From: Proteobacteria bacterium DTSAM18
GTDB taxonomy: Bacteria; Myxococcota_A; UBA796; GCA-2862545
Reading direction: 5' to 3'
Assembly (NCBI GenBank): GCA_028767165.1
Contig: JARACJ010000006.1
Location: 259,580 to 323,579 of the forward strand
Length of the DNA stretch: 64,000 nt
Below are positions 61,101 to 64,000 of this stretch, piece by piece. The position numbers and the translations under genes were made by a program. The notes beneath the pieces were generated by a model, which did no database searches, was not told the origin of the DNA, and worked only from the letters and a program-made list of their open reading frames with translations. Each line of letters begins with the position of its first letter. The stretch's first letter is position 1.

Positions 61101-61419
61101 CACCGAAGACCCGGTTCTTGAGGATCGCGTACCAGTGCGCAGCCGTGGCGTTGGGCACCGTGAGCATGACCACGTTGCGCTCGGGTACGCCGAGGGTGTC
61201 CGCGAGGACCTTCGGGTTGACGTTGGTGCGCACCAGCGACGAGCCCAGGACGATGACGTCCGGCTCTCCCTGCCGCAGCTTGCCCTGCATGTCGCGGATG
61301 TGGCTGTCGACGAGGCTGGCCTCGCGCACGACCCCGTAGCCGCCCCCCAGGATCAGGACGGGCAGCACCAGGGCGGCGATCTTCGCGGCAAGGGGCGCGG
61401 TGACCTTGCGGTCGGGCAT
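58180..61419 (-). CDS. Giant DltD-like protein of 1079 aa. N-terminal TM anchor plus a DltD/SGNH-like domain with a 'GSS(L)...NP' motif, then a ~700-aa uncharacterised C-terminal extension.
   Basis: 'VIVLGSSLVRTNVNP' matches the S. aureus DltD 'YGSSELGKDDPFNP' catalytic region. Translationally coupled to the MBOAT gene. Confidence 0.6.
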   Translation of the reverse strand: MPDRKVTAPLAAKIAALVLPVLILGGGYGVVREASLVDSHIRDMQGKLRQGEPDVIVLGSSLVRTNVNPKVLADTLGVPERNVVMLTVPNATAAHWYAILKNRVFGEGYEPRVVVVVGALTTMVTPEILKDQNVDRLIAQLGDDEPVISAKVLHTDNPWTYRWLYLKAQAGAVRDAWVKSWRDKVVQLGFHPRGGIQGAGNLADKANDVVFADENMLYELHRGDGTGLGLDSVEEIDVRGLSVRDDSLLLDLGALAQQGGANLLLVRTPFPPSNTDNDRVPTEVEAQSIEVMREARLSYLDLRSLHMDASMFQDMRHMSPRGARFFTEALGQGIRSLGLMTRSGVSVVAAEEDRPTLSLRADGASGTWTAADLRPDGACRWVVQGQPVPSVTLTRAAPPGEALPWTVTAGGEPLPRVFLGDSPPCEPAIALRDDELVYIGPTAPPSLSWTFDPAAPRDKAGRWLPAGGSLTFTAPEGGWTHGASAFRADVILRAAVDPDAIEVSLQDGQQVQLSPQGFAWRGGQSLVVPQDGQWALSVHNRSDDPVFVQGLSLGAPPYTLELVGTSEAFTPRTVRVVGGNPDDTHLQAHFFSDPPPLRPDARPIRGPHKLGAFTLTELQGLSDLPNPRFPRPHQCSPVQVLEDGVPLPNPHTNCTPVRQTGGGYVCHQGASVYFTASDTTAPLKNGRTYSLALDPSRLCDRIFRPGNTPLRGMLWLYPGDEVELTVDPAASRQMVDGVRRVDVELSAPAKQGDEPVAFELYAGARRILSEQLRMGAYGQLSWAADLPAPLAPGREDLRIILRHPGRRSYYRIDRISLHQTEPEPEQVAGTSLALQEQTGTGLFVDGPVLGTWPLQSAVRSGQPQLPAPESEPRRVGEHHWEFRWFQLWPVSNSVLVKNGLGPWSPLEVLEAGQPLPVTTDRKDFRTGCEACYLHVGQAVGVRPRGDGPQDVSLSLDESFPLPAEERDVYWVYPGTTAELTAAEPWSGDQVAVRVIARSFGANKSTRPFSLQVEGQTVYFEKVGETHVATLQLTGRVAGPWTVQVHSPADGPFLLLDQIDIVDEGGRRQLLAAHSERNTP

Positions 61420-61485
61420 TCACACTCCAGTCGGAGCCGAATGTACCCGGACCACCGGCCAGGAGAAACCCCCGAGGTGGTCAGC

Positions 61486-62268
61486 TCAACCGTCCACCAG
61501 CACGCCGGCCCCCTCGGAGCCCGTCGCGGCGCCCGGTGGCAGCGGTGGATCGAAGGCCAGGCGGTCCCTGCCCGCGCACTTCGCCTGGTACAGGGCCTGG
61601 TCGGCCCGCTGCACCAGGGACGCCAGGGACTCGCCCGGATGGCGAAGCGCCACGCCCGCCGACGTGCTCACCGACACGTGGCCTCCCCCGAGCTCCAGCG
61701 AGCCCTCGACCCGGGACCGTCGGGCGATCCGGACCGCGCGCTCCCAAGGGAGCCCCCGGAGCACCACCGCAAACTCGTCGCCGCCCCAGCGCGCCACCGG
61801 GTCACCGTCCCGAAGACCCGCACGCAGCCGGCCCGCCACCCACCGCAGCACGGTGTCGCCGCCCTGGTGTCCGTGGCGGTCGTTGATGTCCTTGAAGCGA
61901 TCCACGTCGAGCAGCATCAGGACGACGGGGCCATCACCGGTGGCCAGCAGCTCCTCGAGTGCGCCCTCGAGGGCACGTCGGTTCCACAGATCCGTGAGGA
62001 AGTCCCGCTGGGCCTGCCGGGCGAGCTGTGCGATGTGCTGGTCGGCATGACGCAGCCGGTAGCCGGCCTGCTCCATGAGCTGCTCCATCCGGTCGAGGCG
62101 CGCCTGCAGGCCGCTCACCGCGTGGATCAGCCCCAGCTCTCCACGGGCGAGGCGCTGCACCTCCTCCCGTGCACCTTGCAGGTCCGCCACCACCAGTTCG
62201 ACGAGCCTGCGTCCCTCCGCCAGTCCGGCGGGCAGGTTCTCGGCGTTGGATGGATCTCGAAACGGCAT
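61486..62268 (-). CDS. GGDEF-domain diguanylate cyclase with an N-terminal coiled-coil
   Basis: 'RWGGDEFAV' GGDEF active site and 'DVDRFKDINDRHGHQGGD'. Confidence 0.8.
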   Translation of the reverse strand: MPFRDPSNAENLPAGLAEGRRLVELVVADLQGAREEVQRLARGELGLIHAVSGLQARLDRMEQLMEQAGYRLRHADQHIAQLARQAQRDFLTDLWNRRALEGALEELLATGDGPVVLMLLDVDRFKDINDRHGHQGGDTVLRWVAGRLRAGLRDGDPVARWGGDEFAVVLRGLPWERAVRIARRSRVEGSLELGGGHVSVSTSAGVALRHPGESLASLVQRADQALYQAKCAGRDRLAFDPPLPPGAATGSEGAGVLVDG

Positions 62269-62359
62269 GGCAGGGTCCTGGCAGATCTGGCACCATGTTG
62301 CCGTTCGCCCCCAGGACCCCGCGCTTCAGCCTGCCTGCATGGGGAATCTCCCCACCCTG

Positions 62360-63169
62360 TCAGTCTTCCCCGCCGAGGCTCGCGGCGACCCTGGCCGCCT
62401 CCTGCACGGTGAGGGCCAGCGTCGAGCGGATGCGGCCCTCCTCCATCTTGAACAGACCCGCGATGGTGGAGCCTGCCGGCGTGGTGACCTTGTCGCGCAG
62501 GGCCGCAGGGTGCTCCTGGGTCTGCAGGACCAGCTCCGCCGCACCTTTGAGGGTCTGCGCCGCCTGCTCGATGGCCACGTCACGGGGCAGTCCCATCATC
62601 ACGCCGCCATCGGCGAGCGCCTCCAGCATGACCATGGCGAAGGCCGGCCCGCTTCCGGACAGACCCGTGACCACGTCCATGTACCGCTCCTCGAGCACCT
62701 GTACGCGACCGACACACCGGAAGATGTTCCTGGCCACCTCCAGATCCCGCTCGGTGACGCTCTTGCCCGGCGACAGGGTGGTCATGCCCTGACGCACCAG
62801 GGCCGGCGTGTTCGGCATCGAACGGATGACCCGGGCCCCGGGCATCCACTTGCGCAGCTGCTTCAGACGAACGCCCGCGCACATCGAGATGACCAGCTTG
62901 CCCTCGAGGGCCTCCACGAACCCGCGCTTGCGAACCAGCTTGGCCACGCTCTGGGGCTTCACACCGAGCAGGATCACGTCCGCCTCGCGGGCGGCGGCCG
63001 TGTTGTCCGTTCCGACCTCGATGTTCATCTGTTCGGTCAGTCTCTCGGCGGACGCCTTGGTGCGCACCGTCGCCCGGACGGTCCATCGCTCGCCTTCTCC
63101 ACTGGCGAACAATCCCCCGAGCACGGCGCGACCCAACGTTCCACATCCGATGATTGACAGATGATTCAT
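62360..63169 (-). CDS. proC: Pyrroline-5-carboxylate reductase
   Basis: 'LSIIGCGTLGRAVL' Rossmann motif and a P5CR C-terminal dimerisation domain. Confidence 0.85.
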   Translation of the reverse strand: MNHLSIIGCGTLGRAVLGGLFASGEGERWTVRATVRTKASAERLTEQMNIEVGTDNTAAAREADVILLGVKPQSVAKLVRKRGFVEALEGKLVISMCAGVRLKQLRKWMPGARVIRSMPNTPALVRQGMTTLSPGKSVTERDLEVARNIFRCVGRVQVLEERYMDVVTGLSGSGPAFAMVMLEALADGGVMMGLPRDVAIEQAAQTLKGAAELVLQTQEHPAALRDKVTTPAGSTIAGLFKMEEGRIRSTLALTVQEAARVAASLGGED

Positions 63170-63428
63170 CCAACCTCCTTTCGGGCAAACCTAAGGGAGG
63201 CCCCTCGCAGTCTTCAACCGACTTGGCATGCACTTGAAGGATGACAACTCGGTATCTGCCCCTGCTGTCGGCCAGCGGCGCACTTTGCGCTGGCTATCGA
63301 CCGACTTTCCGGTACCGGGATCGGCAGTCCCGTGATCCCCTACCGGACAAGGGCATGGCGCCCGATGGGGTTGTGTGCCGGTCCTGCTGGATCGACAATC
63401 CGTCAGACCCATCTGGAGGAGGTCTTCC

Positions 63429-63818
63429 ATGACCACCATGCGACTCGAGGTGCTGCCCGGCCAGTACACCATCCACCGTTTCCCCCGCACGGCCACCATC
63501 CCCGAAGGTGCCCTGAATGGGCCTCTCACCAACATCAGCCTCACAGCCGACGAGATGAGCATCGTCTGCGAGTCCGACAACCCGGTGGAGTCGGAAGGCG
63601 CGGACGAGGGCTGGGTGGCCCTCAAGGTCAAGGGTCCCCTCGACCTCGACTCCATCGGCGTCCTGGCCCGACTCGCGAGCACCCTCGCCGAAGCCGGCGT
63701 GGCCATCTTCGCCATGTCCACCTACGACACCGACTACCTGCTCGTACCCGGCGACAACCTCGGTATCGCCATGGTGGCCTTGCAGGCGGGTGGGTACGAG
63801 GTCGTCTCGGACGACTGA
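63429..63818 (+). CDS. ACT-domain protein (ACT_7-like)
   Basis: GGAGGAGG RBS. ~130-aa beta-alpha-beta-beta-alpha-beta-like pattern. Confidence 0.45.
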   Translation: MTTMRLEVLPGQYTIHRFPRTATIPEGALNGPLTNISLTADEMSIVCESDNPVESEGADEGWVALKVKGPLDLDSIGVLARLASTLAEAGVAIFAMSTYDTDYLLVPGDNLGIAMVALQAGGYEVVSDD

Positions 63819-63927
63819 GGGGAGGAGGGGCCGCACCCGCTGTTGACCCCTTCCTCATCCGGCCCGGTGTTAGTTGGGGCCTGCCGGCGGACGACCCGTC
63901 AGGCCGACTCCAAGCCCCGGACTGCCC

Positions 63928-64000
63928 ATGCACCCGTCCCGCATCCTCGTCATCGCCTGCCTGCTCACCTCCTCCACCGCCCTCGCCGGCGGCAAGAAGG
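63928..64000 (+). CDS. Secreted protein, 3'-truncated by the window end
   Basis: MHPSRILVIACLLTSSTALAGGKK signal peptide. Confidence 0.3.
   Translation, partial: MHPSRILVIACLLTSSTALAGGKK

Overview
This is a 64 kb chromosomal segment with about 70% GC and genes on both strands. An S8 protease ending in a MYXO-CTERM-like tail and the large number of lipobox lipoproteins suggest a Myxococcota-type deltaproteobacterium. Housekeeping genes (rlmN, prs, nrdA-nrdB with NrdR boxes, ubiB-like kinase, recQ, aspS, a ferredoxin, sufE, gpsA, pyrC, proC) alternate with a rich accessory set of secreted and lipoprotein genes. The accessory genes include a giant cadherin-like repeat protein ending in a fibrinogen-related domain, a calpain-like cysteine protease lipoprotein, Big_2, glycine-rich and TSP3/lysyl-oxidase-like lipoproteins, a metzincin and a DUF3604 protein. 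The most notable system is a compact minus-strand operon at 54.6-61.4 kb. It encodes a DltD-like protein of 1079 aa, an MBOAT (DltB/AlgI-like) acyltransferase and a fatty acyl-AMP ligase fused to an acyl carrier domain. Together these look like a dlt-like three-component machinery for acylating an extracytoplasmic acceptor, but predicted to transfer a fatty acyl group rather than D-alanine. I also see a roughly 200 bp dispersed intergenic repeat in three diverged copies, a perfect 120 bp tandem duplication inside a surface-protein gene, and an unusually long leader before nrdA. No rRNA, tRNA, CRISPR array or transposase was detected by eye. Start codons were refined by hand from RBS and frame. 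Coordinates follow the supplied ORF track; the printed line numbering appears to drift by ±1 in places.
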